Origin: Auanema rhodensis
Lineage: Eukaryota > Animalia > Nematoda
Assembly: GCA_964057225.1 (NCBI GenBank)
Contig: OZ059896.1
Coordinates: 17,670,001-17,734,000, forward strand
Length of the DNA stretch: 64,000 nucleotides
Direction: 5' to 3'
Position 1 is the first letter of the stretch. Each line of letters begins with the position of its first letter. The position numbers and the translations under genes were made by a program. A model generated the notes under the pieces. The model was not told where the DNA came from, did no database searches, and saw nothing but the letters and a program-made list of their open reading frames with translations. Below are positions 1-13,833 of this stretch, one piece after another.

Positions 1-3000
1 ATTATTTGATTTATATAAGGTAGTCATATCTTGAAACTTGGAAACTCATTATCGTCATCAAATTTAAAAAGCATAGTTTTGGGGCTGTACCCAAAACCTG
101 CTTATGTTTCAAAACTCTTGTTCAACGTACCTACACTGATCCTGAACATTTTTCTTGAAAATATTATTTAATGTTTTCAAAAAATGTTTATAGTTGAGGA
201 GCAACGGTTAGGGTAGAAACAATGAAGGGCTGTGAAAGTGGTCAATAGGGCAACAGAAATAAAAAGTTTCATCTCGAATCTGCTGGTTGTTGTTTTTTTT
301 CTTCGAGACAGCTTCAGCGTTTTCTCGTGACTTTTATAATGTTTTCTCATGTTTGATTATCAATTATTTTTGAACTTTTAGCAATCCAAAAAAACGTTTC
401 TCTTTGACAAAATTGTCGGTTTCGCTAGATGGCAGCGACAAAAATATATTGAATTCGAAATCAGAATGTATCGGTATTGTTCAAGTAAGAAGCTAACAAA
501 CGACTTACGTAAGTGATAAGAACTTTCTTTCACAGCAAAAGCTTACATGTGCGTCAAATGGTGTTGTGTCATGGAAAGAATTAATGTGATTTACGTCAGA
601 AGAAATTTGAAAAGTTTCAAGGTTTTGATGATTTTGATAAATAAATACTTGAATTCGTAGTAATATAGCAGTTAAGGAAAAAAAAGAAAAAGAAAAATTG
701 TGAGTATATTCAATTGATACTATACTATTATTTGGACTTGGTATTGAGACGTTTTGATTTCAAATACGGATATTGAAATGCATACTATGGAATATTTTGT
801 ATTGTTTAAAGGATGTAAATGCTATTAAGACAATCAATCAGTCAATTAATTTATTTGAACTGAAATGAGAAAAATGGCTATTAGCAATAACATTGCAGAA
901 AAAAAAGAGTGAGAGAGAGAATTTTGCAACAGACAGAGACAGCCAGAAAGCATACAGCACATATACGCCCTAGTCCATATGAATGGTTTTTCTTCGTTCT
1001 AAATTATAATTATAACTTTTGAAATATATGATTTGTAACAAGTTTGCTGCAATTGCTCCCCATTGGTGGATGTCTTGGTTGTTCGTTTTCTGCATACTAC
1101 GACTTTTCTCAAGTTGTCTCGTACATTTCTAAGTTCGAATCAGGTTATTATCTAATGTATGCACTGAATAGCACTGAATTGAAAAAGTAAAAATAATCAA
1201 GGAAAATGAATAGACAGAAAAGAGACGAAGAGTAAGAAGTAAGCTTAAGAATGAAAGAATAAAAATTTTGTCAAGGAAAGATGTCCTTTGCACTTACGTA
1301 GGCCGACCCACTGATTTCAAGATTTTTGCTTTCGTTATAATACTGATAAGTTTATTTTATTTGATTTCAAAAATAAAGTAACAAATATAAAAATATTATT
1401 AAGATTGTATTTATAATATACTACTCCATTTCTGAAGTATTATTGTTAAAAGTGGGACAGATTACTTTTATTTGGTTGTGTGTGAAAGGTGGAAAGGACA
1501 TATCCGACAATGACAGAACAACGCATAATAAGATGATGAGAAAGAAAAGAGAGAATTAACGAGGGATGTAGAAGAGGTAGGTACAAAGAGAAAAATAAGA
1601 GAATGAAGCTTAAATTGGATATGATTTTTGACCATAAGAGTTTTGAAGCAGAAAACATAAGTCTAATATCCATTTATACTTATTATATACAAATACTTTG
1701 ATTATTGATGAACTGGAGAAAACATGATTTGAAGACGAGGAGGATATTCGGTGAAAAACAAAACATGAAAATAATTAAAACTGCTTAATTCGGTTAGAAA
1801 ATCTCATTTACAAGGTTATATTTGAAACTGTTTTTCAAAAGAAAAATAATTATTTTGTATGATTATAGCCATAATATATTCTTCTTGAATAACAAACAGG
1901 ACCAAAAATCTTTGAAAAGAAAGAGAAGTTGAAGTTGAAAAGGAGAATATAAGAGATTAAGCAATGAAAGGGAAGAGGATAATGTCCTAACCTTTTGTGA
2001 GTGAAACTTCACAACAATTCATATAATATTTTTAATTTTTCAGTTTCTTTTGCTCTTTTTCTATCTTACTCTCTCATTATCTATATATTATAAGTTGGTA
2101 TAACTATATTTTGAAAGAGATTGATAAATAAAAACTTTGAGAAGCGAACTCAATTTATAGGAATTTCCAATAAAACAAACGTACGAAAGACTGAACAAAG
2201 GGATATGTGAGATATGTATTCTGTTTATAATAAACTGCGCTCCAACGGCAGAATATCGACTTAGAAGGGTGGAGTTAACGGCAACCCAAGCTGCCATAGG
2301 GGATGTCGCCGGCAGCCGTCGGCTACAGCTTGTGTGTGCTATTGGTAGCCCTAGTATTAGTAATTTATCGTTTGAAAGAAGAAAAAACACGTTTTCTCGT
2401 CATCATTTTCACGTTTTTAGATTGTAAATGAGTTTGGAGACATAATTTGAGTGGGCTTGCCCTTTATCCGGAAGTTCTTTTTTATTTTTTCTCATCAAGA
2501 ATTTATTATTTAACTTCTTTCAATATTTTTTATTTAACTTTAATTTTTTAATTATAGATGATTTCAATATAATTTACTATTTTTCCGTTTTTTTGAGATT
2601 AAAATAAATAATAAAAAAAGAGAAAATAAGCTTTTATTTCTATTAATAAACAAAATGCAATTGATATGAGTTATAAGAGAATGTTTGTCTGGTTTCTTAT
2701 CGTTTACTCAATTTGACTAATTTTTTTTTTGCATATGAATTTTGCTACAACAATCTATAGTGAATACTAGTTGTTCTTCATCTGTCTAATGGATAAACTA
2801 ATTGTTTTCTCAACTGAAAATTAATGAAATTTCTATGGATTTATATAGAACAAAAAAAAAGATTTTACTGTGTGAAAATTCAGAATGTTTCTTCTTTTTC
2901 TGCAGTTTCTATTCGTCTTCTATTTCCGTTTTTTCTCTAATATCTTGCAGTCCTCTTTTTGATATCAATTTTGCATGCAATTTGTTGCTTAACTATTGCT

Positions 3001-5073
3001 TATTCAGCCTATTGTACACGTTTTCTTTTCAAATTTTCAAAAGAAGGCTGACAGCTGTAATGCTGGAAGATGCTTGACTGAATGACTATTCGCTGTGCTA
3101 CGGTGATGATCGCCGTTCACGACCTCGTTCTCCTAATGATGTTGCCGTCGATGAATAGCGATGACAACGACTAACGACGAGGATGGCCATGGCTAAGATG
3201 ATAGTGATAGTGGATGAAGCTGGTGCTATATTATGAACTAAAACTCAATTCGTTATTCTTCGAAAAATGAAAAATCGACGAAACTCTTGAAGCTTAAGTT
3301 GTTTAAGATGAGAGAGGAAACTAGATGTCCAGATTATCGTTAAGTTTCTCCACAATGCCATTATATATCTTCCGTGTATAAGGGATATAGAATTATCCTC
3401 TCCCTTCCTCAAATCACTTCCCTCTCTTCCCTCTTCTTTTTTTTGTCTTTTTCTTCAAGCAGAAACCTTTCATTTAGAATTACCTCCCATATTTTTTCAC
3501 TTTGCACAAGTGATGAAGTTTATAAACTTTGATTTTTTTCTTTAAACTAAACAATCTAATATTATATTTAAAATATATTTTTCTATATACTATTCATCGG
3601 TTGTCTTTGAAAATGATTTGAATGATATAATAGGTAAGAAAAAGAAAAAGTTTTTGAAAATAATTTGAAGAAGAATAAAAAATATTTTTTTTACGTTTTG
3701 ATTACTCTTGAATATTATTTAATTCATGTGTATATTTTATACTATTTCTAATTAATATATATATTATATATATCTATATATATTTCCAAAATATTAATTT
3801 TCATTATAAACTTAGTGAAGAAAAACCATTTTGTTTCATTTTTATCCTCTTTTCGAAGACTTTCTTTTGCTTTGAGGATAGAACTACTGCAGCAGCAAAT
3901 ATGCAGGTTGATAATAACAGATCTCATATAGTTGAAATGACGTCATGATATGCTATATCTTCTGAGTTATACTGTTTCATTAGGATTTCATGGCTTTTTT
4001 TCATGTTCTCCTTGTGTTTTGTTGTTTTTTGTATCATCATTGGTGTTTTTAGTCAATATGCGTGTATGCATTTGTTGCCACAACTGGCTATAAACTATAA
4101 GATATTCTACCAAAATTAGCTCATGCTTTACCACATTTACGCCTAGTTGGTTTAGCTTTACTTCTTTTATTCTTCTTCAAAAGTTTCCTTTTTCAAAATA
4201 TACTTCATGATGCTAGAAAAAAATAGTTTTGTTTTACTTGAATTTCCCCTCCCCTTCCCTCCTTTTTCTTAGTTGGACTCTACCCCTCGTTCCCTCCCTC
4301 TCTTCCTTTTCCTCTCTCTTGGTCTCAACTTTTTCAATTATTCGTTCAGTTTTTTTCTTCTATCCCGTTAATGTCTCTCTTTTTTTCTATTTTTTGAGCT
4401 TTCCAGCAATGCTCAAAGTATCATCATCATTTATACTACGGACATATATGGCTGAGGTGGTAGCTTTTTAGATAATTATAAACTATAAAAATATAGTTTA
4501 CTGGACTATATACTATGCACTTAATAAAGCGAAATATGTTTCATGAATTTCTACTCTTGACTTGCTTGTGTCTATTATTACAATTTTTTCTTTCCTTTCT
4601 CTGACTCTTGAACATTTTGTGAAGCATTCATTGTGTGTTTCATGGCAGCATCAGCAGGCAACATGGCAGCAATAGCAGCAGTAATAGAAATATCATGAAG
4701 CTGTCGAAGCTTTGCCAGTTCCAGTATACCACCACGATCTACTAGATTTCAATGGCGTCTTATTCCTGATTACTCGTCTAAGACCACAGCACTTAGACAA
4801 TTATCAGTTGGCTTATTCATTGGTTTGCATGCTTGATGCAACTTACCACTCATCTATCGCCATGACCAATTTATATGTTTTGCAGCCAAACGTTGTCTGA
4901 GCCGGCTCTATGGCGGCTGTCTCTTGTCTCCCGTCTGGCACAACGTGACAATCCCGCTTCTAGTTCTTCTAAGCTTCTTGAATATTCTCTGAAGCGTCTT
5001 CAACAAACGTTCTTAGTTATCTTATAACATTTACCAGAGTTTGAGAAAAGGAGTGAATGTTTTAGAGAAGCTA

Positions 5074-5075
5074 GA

Positions 5076-5123
<48 letters not shown>
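5074..5123. repeat. (GA)n microsatellite
   Basis: Direct reading. Confidence 0.95.
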
Positions 5124-5126
<3 letters not shown>

Positions 5127-5952
5127 TGGGAAGACAAGGGGATATTTATACATATGTATGTATAGATAAACTAGGAGAAACAAAGCGAAAGTAGATACGA
5201 GGTGGTATTGAACAATATTCTGTTTAAAGCTCAGCATACTTTTCATATCATTATGTTCTTGAAGCATTCTTTTTCACTACATAACATATGAACTCCTCGG
5301 AATTGTAAATTATTCGCTCCATTAGCTCTCTTGAGTTGGCCAATCTTCAATTCATACGTGCACAGAGAAAAAAAGGAAGAAACAAAAATCATATTTACAT
5401 AATATACTGTGCATTTATATTATATTATATATATTTATTTATATATAGATAGTATTCTATCTAAATATTTTCATTCATTTCTAATGAGTATTAATATATT
5501 TGGAATAAGTCTAATTAGCATAACGATTGACGCACATTTCACGTTGGGACACATGGCTTCCTTCACGTACGTCCGACTTTTCATTTGAGCTAACACAAAC
5601 GAAGGGTTGCTAATTGATTAATTTTTTCCTTTTCTTTTCAAATTAATTTTTCGTACGCCCTTTTTGTCTGCCATCGTGTCTACTTTTAACTCCCCCCCCC
5701 CTTTATTACACCGCACAATAACAAAAACAACAACAATAATAATAATAATAATAACAACAACAACAACAGCAATTACTTCTACTACAACTACTTCCAAAAA
5801 TAGTATATTATACTTGTATAATACATATAATACTTCTGATTGTCTGAGCTTTCATCTAATTGTTCTCCAGAGACATTTCCATTTCTTAAACTTCTCTCTT
5901 TTTCTCTTCGACTATTCCTATAATTCTTAATCTCACTCACACCCCCTCCCTA

Positions 5953-5957
<5 letters not shown>

Positions 5958-6012
<55 letters not shown>

Positions 6013-6028
6013 CCTTCTCTCTCTCTCT
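5958..6028. repeat. (CT)n microsatellite
   Basis: Direct reading. Confidence 0.95.
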
Positions 6029-7406
6029 TATATCGAGCAAGATAGCAACCAGATGAAATATATACATACATGCATCTGTGTCTCTATATGCTTTTGAAGA
6101 ATTAACTGCTTATCTTGAACACTTTCAAGCTTCAGCTTCGTTTCGATTTTTCTTCTGTGCTCTACCAAATTGAAAGACGTCAATCAAGTTTTCCCAATTC
6201 TTTTCTGGAGCATCGAGTTCAGTTGAATCGAATATTTCAATCATTTTTCATACCACAACTCGTATATGCATTACACATTTTTTTTTCATTTTTTCTTTTC
6301 TTTATTAAAGTTAACTTATATTATATATACATAATAATTATGATGAGCATGCTGTTTACTATGCTGAAGTTTAATAATGCTCATAATGCTTATAATCATG
6401 GCAAGTCTAGTGATGATGATGAAGATGATTATATTATTCATTTATATTATATTTTAAAGCTTATATAAAACATTTTCAGGAATTTTTCGTTTTTCGGTCA
6501 ATTTTCGCACTAAAAATATAACATTATGCTATAAATGAAGTATTTATTATTCCGAAAATATGATTAGCCTTTACATCACACATATATATATATATTTAAC
6601 TTGTTTTATTAAGATGTTTATTTGCTTCTTCCGCTGTATCTTATAGTTCAATATAATTTTCCGTGTATATGTTCATATGTATGTATGTTTCATTGTTATA
6701 AATAACGTAAAAGATAGACGAAGAACTTGGATCATCGAATAAGCAGCAACTCATGATGCAACAAACTTAAATGACTGTCTTCTTGTTTTCTTCGGTAAAA
6801 CATATTTGTTGTTTTCAGAGCTCAAACCTTTTCAAAGCCGGAGCTTCACATAAACAATGAAAAGTTTTCATATTGCTTGTCAATCGGACCATTTGTCCTC
6901 TTTCTTTCTTTCTTTCTCTCACCCTCGTTCTATCTCTCTCAATCTCTATTCCTCCCATATTCCAGTTTCCTTCTAACTTTATGTCATTCTTTTACAAGTC
7001 AGATAGAGAACATATGCTCTTTGACCCCATACTTCTCTTCCTATCTTCTCAATTTCCCTCCGTCCACCTCTTTCTTTTTCTCTTTCCCTCTCTTCTTCCT
7101 CCTATCGTTTTTCATATACCTCTCCTCCATTTTCTTTATTTTTCAAGTACTAACAGATATCATTGCACTTGGTTTCTCGTTTTCTTCCTCTAGTTCTTAT
7201 TCAATTCCTTCATTTCTTTGTTTCGTACGTCTCAAATTTCGGAACATGCTCTAGTCTTTGCGCATGTTAAAAAAATATATCTAGCTCTCTATTCTAGTTT
7301 TACTATATTATATGTATATATATATAATCTATTATTCAAAAATCAAAAAAATTATATTAGTTTACATCATTTTTTCTTTGTTCACTCAAAAACTCAACAG
7401 GAGTTT

Positions 7407-7444
7407 GAGCAGCGGAGCAGAGCAGCGGAGCAGAGCAAGCAGCT
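7407..7444. repeat. Short GC-rich tandem duplication (GAGCAGCGGAGCA x2 plus partial)
   Basis: Direct reading. Confidence 0.75.
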
Positions 7445-8381
7445 AAATCGCTGTTACAAATGCCAGTTACAACAATTTTGTTCAAAATTTTCTGAATCAG
7501 CTTACAAAACCATTTTTTCTCGTTTCTTTCCTTTGTATTAACTTTAATATCCAACCTAGAATTACCTATTACAAGATCTAATATACAAAAGTTGACAGCA
7601 GTAGCTATTACAGCATTTCTCCACTTGTGCTGCTTGCTTTTTCTTTTTCGCAATAAGACTCAGAGAAACTTTTTTTTGTTTCATATAATTTATAATTTCA
7701 CATAGATACATCGATTCATGTCACATTCATCGCATTTCATCATTCTCTCTCTCTCTCTCTCTCTCTCTTTTTCTCTCTTTTTCTCTCTCTATTCTCTCTT
7801 TATTTCACTCAATCTTTCAAAGCTTCCTCTCTATATGGCTTGATCAAAGAAATTCTTTTCATCGTTCACATTTCATTTTCATAACTCCACCATCATACGT
7901 TCAGAAGTAACAATATATCGACAACTGAGAGCGACAAGGAAAAAAACTTTTTATTTCTTGCCCCCCACCCTCCTTGGTACAGATTTATGAAACTTCGTTT
8001 TCAGCCCATCTTTCTAATTTTATTCCTGAGCCCGTAGCTTAAGTTTGAAAAGAGTACTTTGCAAGTTTATTTTCATCCCCAAAAAAGCTTGTTTTAAATC
8101 TTTTATCTTCTATTTCAATCACTTTAATCTTCACGGTTTTATTGAAAGTTTTAATAGTTTGTACTTGTATCAAATAGCATTATTTCCTCTAAACGTTAAT
8201 CAATTCTTATATCCGACCACTAAAAGTTTGATTTCATGCCCATTTTTCTGATTAACTTTGTCTCGAAAATCTTCTTTCAAAATCAGAACTTTAATCTTCT
8301 CTACCAATCTTGCTCACGTGACTTCACGTGAACCAAAAAACATTTATTCAGTGTATATCAGAATAACAGTTGATTCTTAGC

Positions 8382-8384
<3 letters not shown>

Positions 8385-8450
<66 letters not shown>
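8385..8450. repeat. (CT)n microsatellite
   Basis: Direct reading. Confidence 0.95.
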
Positions 8451-9232
8451 ATTCACTCAAATTTATGTACCCTCTGTATATTTAATTTTCATATTTCTTA
8501 ATTTTTTTCTCTGGGAAACACCTCTTTATCAGTCTTCTTTAGTTGTTTTCCCTCATTTCTTTCCCGGATTTATAATATCCCTGTAGTGTTGTATATTCAT
8601 GTTGTCCTTCTCTTTGAAACATTTGAAACACACATACTCTCTTGAGATTTTGATCCACATTTGCCGATCTGACGTCTTCAGCCCTTTCGGCCACTAAAAG
8701 GAAATTGTGACTTCTCCGTAACGCATTCGGCTGATTTAAAGTCAAAAATTAACTTTTCCTTTGTCTTTCACCAGTCAGTGAGCCAAAAACATTGTCTTTT
8801 GGTGCGACTAAATGACTTAGTTGGGATTTGCAGCCAAAATTTCAAAAACTGATCTGGCTCATCCTGTTATTCACTTCCAAAATAGTTGATTGCAGGTTTT
8901 TTTTTTGGAATTTTAATTGTAGTCAGTATATAATAATATAATTATATGTATTATATAAATTAAATTAACTTTATATATGTATCCTTGATTATTATTTTTT
9001 TTTGGAAAATATTAAGTGCAAACCAAAAAAAGATGATAAAGAAAAAAAAAGGAAAATTAAGATTTCTATTGTGTTCTTCTTCCTTATTTTAATATCGTTT
9101 AAATTTTTTCGTGTTTTTCTCGAAAATCACAACGAAAGGAAGGAAATGAACAAGGAAAACTTCAATATTCTTTAAAAGTTCCAATCAACATGCAAAAGAA
9201 TAAGAATAAGAAGGAAGAATGAAATAGAGGAA

Positions 9233-9235
<3 letters not shown>

Positions 9236-9291
<56 letters not shown>

Positions 9292-9393
9292 GAGAGATAG
9301 ATAGAGATAGATAGAGAGAGAGAGAGAGGGAGAGAGAGAGAGAGAGATATAGAGAGAGAGGGAGAGAGAGAGAGAGAGAGATAGAGAGAAAGA
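9236..9393. repeat. Long compound (GA)n/(GATA)n microsatellite
   Basis: Direct reading. Confidence 0.95.
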
Positions 9394-9824
9394 GAAACGA
9401 TAAAAAAACATTTTTTCTTTATAATAGTTATTTTTTGTTGTATAAAAGTGAGAAATAAATTCAATTGTGCTATTGAATTGAATAATCTTTCAATGTAGTT
9501 GATGCAGCTTAATTTAACATTGAAAACCACATAATTGAATTTAAATTCTATTTAATCTCAACCTTTCTTACGATTTATGATCAACAACAGTATGTAATTT
9601 AGTGATAAAGTCTAAGGAGTAAATGTTTTATCTATCACTTCCCCTATCCCCGAATATATTCACAGCATCTTAGCTTAATCAAATATCATTTTCTGATTGT
9701 TTTTCTATTAAATCTAATTATTTTCACATTTTTTTATTATTTTATGAATCATCTTATTCATGTTTTTCCTTTTCTTCTTACTGAATAGAATTAATGTTTA
9801 AAAGTTTATTTTCAGTGTATCAGA

Positions 9825-12800
9825 ATGACCGATGGATTCAGCTCAATTCCACCTCCATTAGAAGACAGTGAAAAACATAAAAAAGCATCATGTAAGTTTA
9901 TAAATATGAAATAAGTTTTTTTCAAACATAAACTACATGAAATCTGTTTCTTGAACCATGTTTCAACTAAGTTTTTATAATTTTTTGTTATTTTACCGAA
10001 AAAAAAAAGAAAATGAAAAGAAGACAACAAGAAGATGCTTATATGCTTGTATATGCATATATAGTTATGTTTTAAAGTCAAAATAGTATTTTTTAAGTTT
10101 TAAAGCAGATATTCTCATTAAGTTCTATTTTACTTTACTTACAAAGAAGTTAAACTAACTAATATATTTCTAATTTTTGTTGTTTTCTTTACATCTGAGC
10201 AGAATTTTTTTTTGGTAAAAAAAAGAAAGAAGAGGAAAATGGAAAAGTAAAAACTGGTGAATGTTTAGAAATAATTTGAGTTCTTTTCTCTTTTCTTAAC
10301 CTCATCTTCATACAACATCTCTTTTTCTCCCTAATATAAGAGAATATGAGTGTTGAGCTAGTTCAATATCATCAGAAATACAAGTAATTTCAGATAATAT
10401 TTTTCATTTTTTTGTCAAAATCGTTAGTAGTTTTTCAAATATTTAACTTTATCTATGTATCTATTTATCTATCTATCTATCTATCTAATATATATTTAAT
10501 ATATTAGTTCTAAAATTGAAAAGTTATTCATAGGTGATCATATCTGAATAAAAAAAAGTTTTGAAATTCATCTCTTCTATGACATATTTAATGAAAAGTT
10601 CTATTATGTTATATATTTTCCAATATATTATATATATAGAACTAATAATCATTATAAAGAATAACAGTGAAATAGAACAAACTGGCTGATTGACGGGTAG
10701 ACTAACTCAACTCAAACGATTATAGTCAGCAAAGCTCACGTAGTCAGAACTGAATAACCCGAAACAGAGTCGCAAAAAATTCTCTTTCCTCTTTTTTTAT
10801 GCAATCTTCCAACCCTATTTTAAGAAGAGAAAGAGTATAAAACAAAGTGTATATTGCTACTATGCTCATGCTTCTCGCCGCCCTTTTTCAGCTTTCGCTC
10901 CTTATTCTTCAAAAAAAAGTTTTTTCTCCTATTTTTCCTCTCTCCTCCCTCCCCCTTCTCAACCCTGTGAGTTCGGACGTAGGCAAGAGCTCATTCTATG
11001 AATTTCTATTTACATCGGCGATTCCGTGAATAGATGTGTTGCTCTTCTTCACTTTATCTAATAAACTTTGATTCAGCCACAGAAATATTTCTACAACGAG
11101 TTCTATCTGAACAACTAACTAGACACCACTCACTATCAAAGTTATTTATCATCATTTTCTTATAAATAATATGAACTTTGAATATTCTATTCTTATTATG
11201 CTTAGTTATTATATTTCATTTTTTTTGAAATCCTACTTTTTACTTTGTCTTTTGATAATAGCTTTGAGTGCAGCAAGCCGATATCACGGCACCTGATGTG
11301 AAGATTGATAATATCTTATCACATCTTCTTCATTCAATCTTAGCTTATATCTACCACCTACCTGCCTATTCCTGCTTTATTCCAACCTTTATCTCTCTCT
11401 CTGTCTCTCTCTCTCCTTTTCTCCGTTACTTTTATCTTAAAGTTACACAGTGAATTGCAACATCATTTTCAAAGTGGAACTATCTGGATATATTATGCAA
11501 CATCTCTTAATCTAAGCAGAAATGTTCAAAACTGGTAATTACTTTAATTAATTCAATTGACACTAACCGAATAAAATCCATTTCATCTTTTTTCCCAGAA
11601 ATTGGCCCGTATTACAATCAGCTTAATACAAAATCTGTGAAAGCTAACCATATATCATACGGTTGTGATTCAAGCCCCTTTCCCCACTTTAATGCTTAAA
11701 TTTGAAATAAATCTTAAACATTAAAAGTATTTTCCTACATACTGTTAGAACAACAATAGAAAAAGATGACAGGAAAAAGTTATATGATATGATGATTTCA
11801 GGTGGAACAGCTTCTAATCGTTACTTCGATGATATCATACCAATGGGTGAATATGAGGTTCGAAAATTATTTTTTTCTTTTTTACTTTTCTGAAACTTTA
11901 AGCTTCTGAAAAAGAAAATATTAATTAAAATATTTGAGGTTCGAGAAGCGTTAATGGGAGAAGTTAAACGACATAGATGTTGGAAAGCAGCAGCTGTGAA
12001 GAAAATGCAATTTGATCAGCTTGAAATGCAAAGTTGTCTTCAGGTAAAAACAAAATATTATAGAATATTGTTAATCATAATAATATTTGAAGTTTAAGCT
12101 TTTAAAACTCTAAATATAACGTAGAAACTTTGATATTACAGTATACTTTGGAATCTTATACCGAAGCAAGATCTACATCTGATGCCACAGAAGCTGTATC
12201 TCTTGGTGCATATTTAGATCAAGACGGCTTGAGATCAATGGCATCATTTAATAATCCATGGGATTATGAAGTACTTCCTTCAAATACGTTTAATGATCAG
12301 GTAGAATATTTGCTTTATTTCGCATATTATATAGTTTATTATAGTTTATAAATTTTATAACCTATGTGATTTATATGAATAAATTTGAAATTTTATAGGT
12401 ACGGGTACTGGAAATGCCTGGAACAAGTGTTATTAACACTTGTTCTGCTTGCAATTCCGAAGGAACTGTTCATTGCTTTCATTGTCGTGGTTATGGAACG
12501 GATAAATGTAATTTCTGTCGGTAAGCTTCCGGACTGAGCTGATGTAAGCATATCAATTAATCTTCCTTCAGGGGTACTGGCATGAAGTCAGGAGTAGCAC
12601 ATCCTGCTGTATATACCCATCCCATGGTTGCCACATTTCCTCATGTATGTTTTATACTTCATATATCACTTATAACTTTCAATTTGCATTAATTGTGTAT
12701 TTTCTTCAAGAATATAAAAGAAAAAATATTTAAAATTCAGGCTGATCTTTCACGAGGATATGCTTCTTCATCAACAGCTATGGTGCGCCAAACTGGTGGA

Positions 12801-13146
12801 GCTGCATATGGCATAGGCACACCAATGCATTTCATGTCGAAAACCGGTGTCCCTCCTCCAGGAATTGGTGATTTGAATATTTCATTGAAACAAGTAAACA
12901 ATATAAATTTTTAAGGAACCCACGATTTATGTTATATGTGTCATGGACGTGGAGTGAAAGAATGTCATCATTGTAAAGGAGGAGGCAAAAAGCCATGTAC
13001 AGCATGCAATGGTAGTGGAAGTGTTCGAAACTACACTAGATTAAAAGTTTATTTGTAAGTTCTACGCTTAAACCTATTAAGTTGTAAACGAGAGTGAATA
13101 AGATAAAGAGAATGAGAAAAAGAGGTGAAAAGAGATAGATAATGAA

Positions 13147-13187
<41 letters not shown>

Positions 13188-13833
13188 AAGAGAGAGAGAT
13201 CAAGAGAGAGAGAGAGATCAAGAGAAGGGGATGAGAGAAAAAGTTTGATTGAAAGACCTTCGAAGTCACCTTTCTTCTAACTGCAACTTGTCAATCAGAG
13301 ACATATTCATGCTACTTATTTTCCAGTAAAACAGAAAAATCGGAGCATTACACGGAATGTGATGTGCCAGCCAGATTATTAGCCCAATCAGAGGGAAAAG
13401 AAATCTTTGGGGAAGAATTGCCATATGTATGTTATTTTAGTTTTTGAATATTATTAATAATATTTATTTATTTTAGGTATTACCCATAACTAAATATCCT
13501 GTTAATGAAATTAACGAGAGAAGTAAGCAGTTTTGTGCTCAGCATTTGCAGAAATGCATGGGTGTTTGTCGCGTCATTAGGGTAAGTTCACGATGAGTAC
13601 AAGCTGAAACTCGAGCTAAAGTTTGAACCTATCAACTTATCAGTCTAAATATCCAATATCCAATATATACAACTATTTACTTCCTCATCTTTCAGCAGCG
13701 ACATTCTCTAATAGCAATACCTGTGTGTAAAGTAACTTATACTATGGGATCATGTAAAGGAGTTTTCTACGTGTATGGCAATCAAAAGCAATGTTATGTT
13801 CCCAAATTTCCATCCAAATGTACTATTCTATGA
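9825..13833 (+). CDS. SSUH2: SSUH2 / ssu-2 homolog (DnaJ-type CxxCxGxG zinc-finger repeat protein), multi-exon
   Basis: Spliced GT-AG exons from ~11802 give GTASNRYFDDIIPMGEYE/VREALMGEVKRHRCWKAAAVKKM.../YTLESYTEARS...NPWDYEVLPSNTFNDQ/VRVLEMPGTSVINTCSACNSEGTVHCFHCRGYGTDKCNFCR/GTG.../CYMCHGRGVKECHHCKGGGKKPCTACNGSG.../QRHSLIAIPVCKVTY...VFYVYGNQKQCYVPKFPSKCTIL*, with TGA at 13831-13833. The 5' end is uncertain: candidate first exons start at ATG 9825 (MTDGFSSIPPP..., donor after 9891) or ATG 11522 (MFKT/EIGPYY...). Confidence 0.88.
13150..13225. repeat. (GA)n tract with GATCAA-interrupted tandem units, inside an SSUH2 intron
   Basis: Direct reading: gagagatcaa repeated three times. Confidence 0.9.

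Noticed and set aside
1060-1145. GTTCGAATC B-box-like motif suggesting a tRNA
   Set aside because: No cloverleaf stems or acceptor stem could be formed.
8539-8895. Possible minus-strand exon(s) (PNALRRSHNFLLVAERAEDV...)
   Set aside because: Could not be spliced into a coherent gene: an upstream stop, an implausibly short intron and no recognisable motif.
5031-9530. Many LS/RE-repeat ORFs (also at 16481-17017, 35165-35499, 37717-37986)
   Set aside because: Translations of (GA)n/(CT)n microsatellites with no domain content.
10346-11534. ATG at ~10346 spliced to the acceptor at 11451 as an SSUH2 N-terminus
   Set aside because: The frame terminates at or just after the next junction. At most a uORF.
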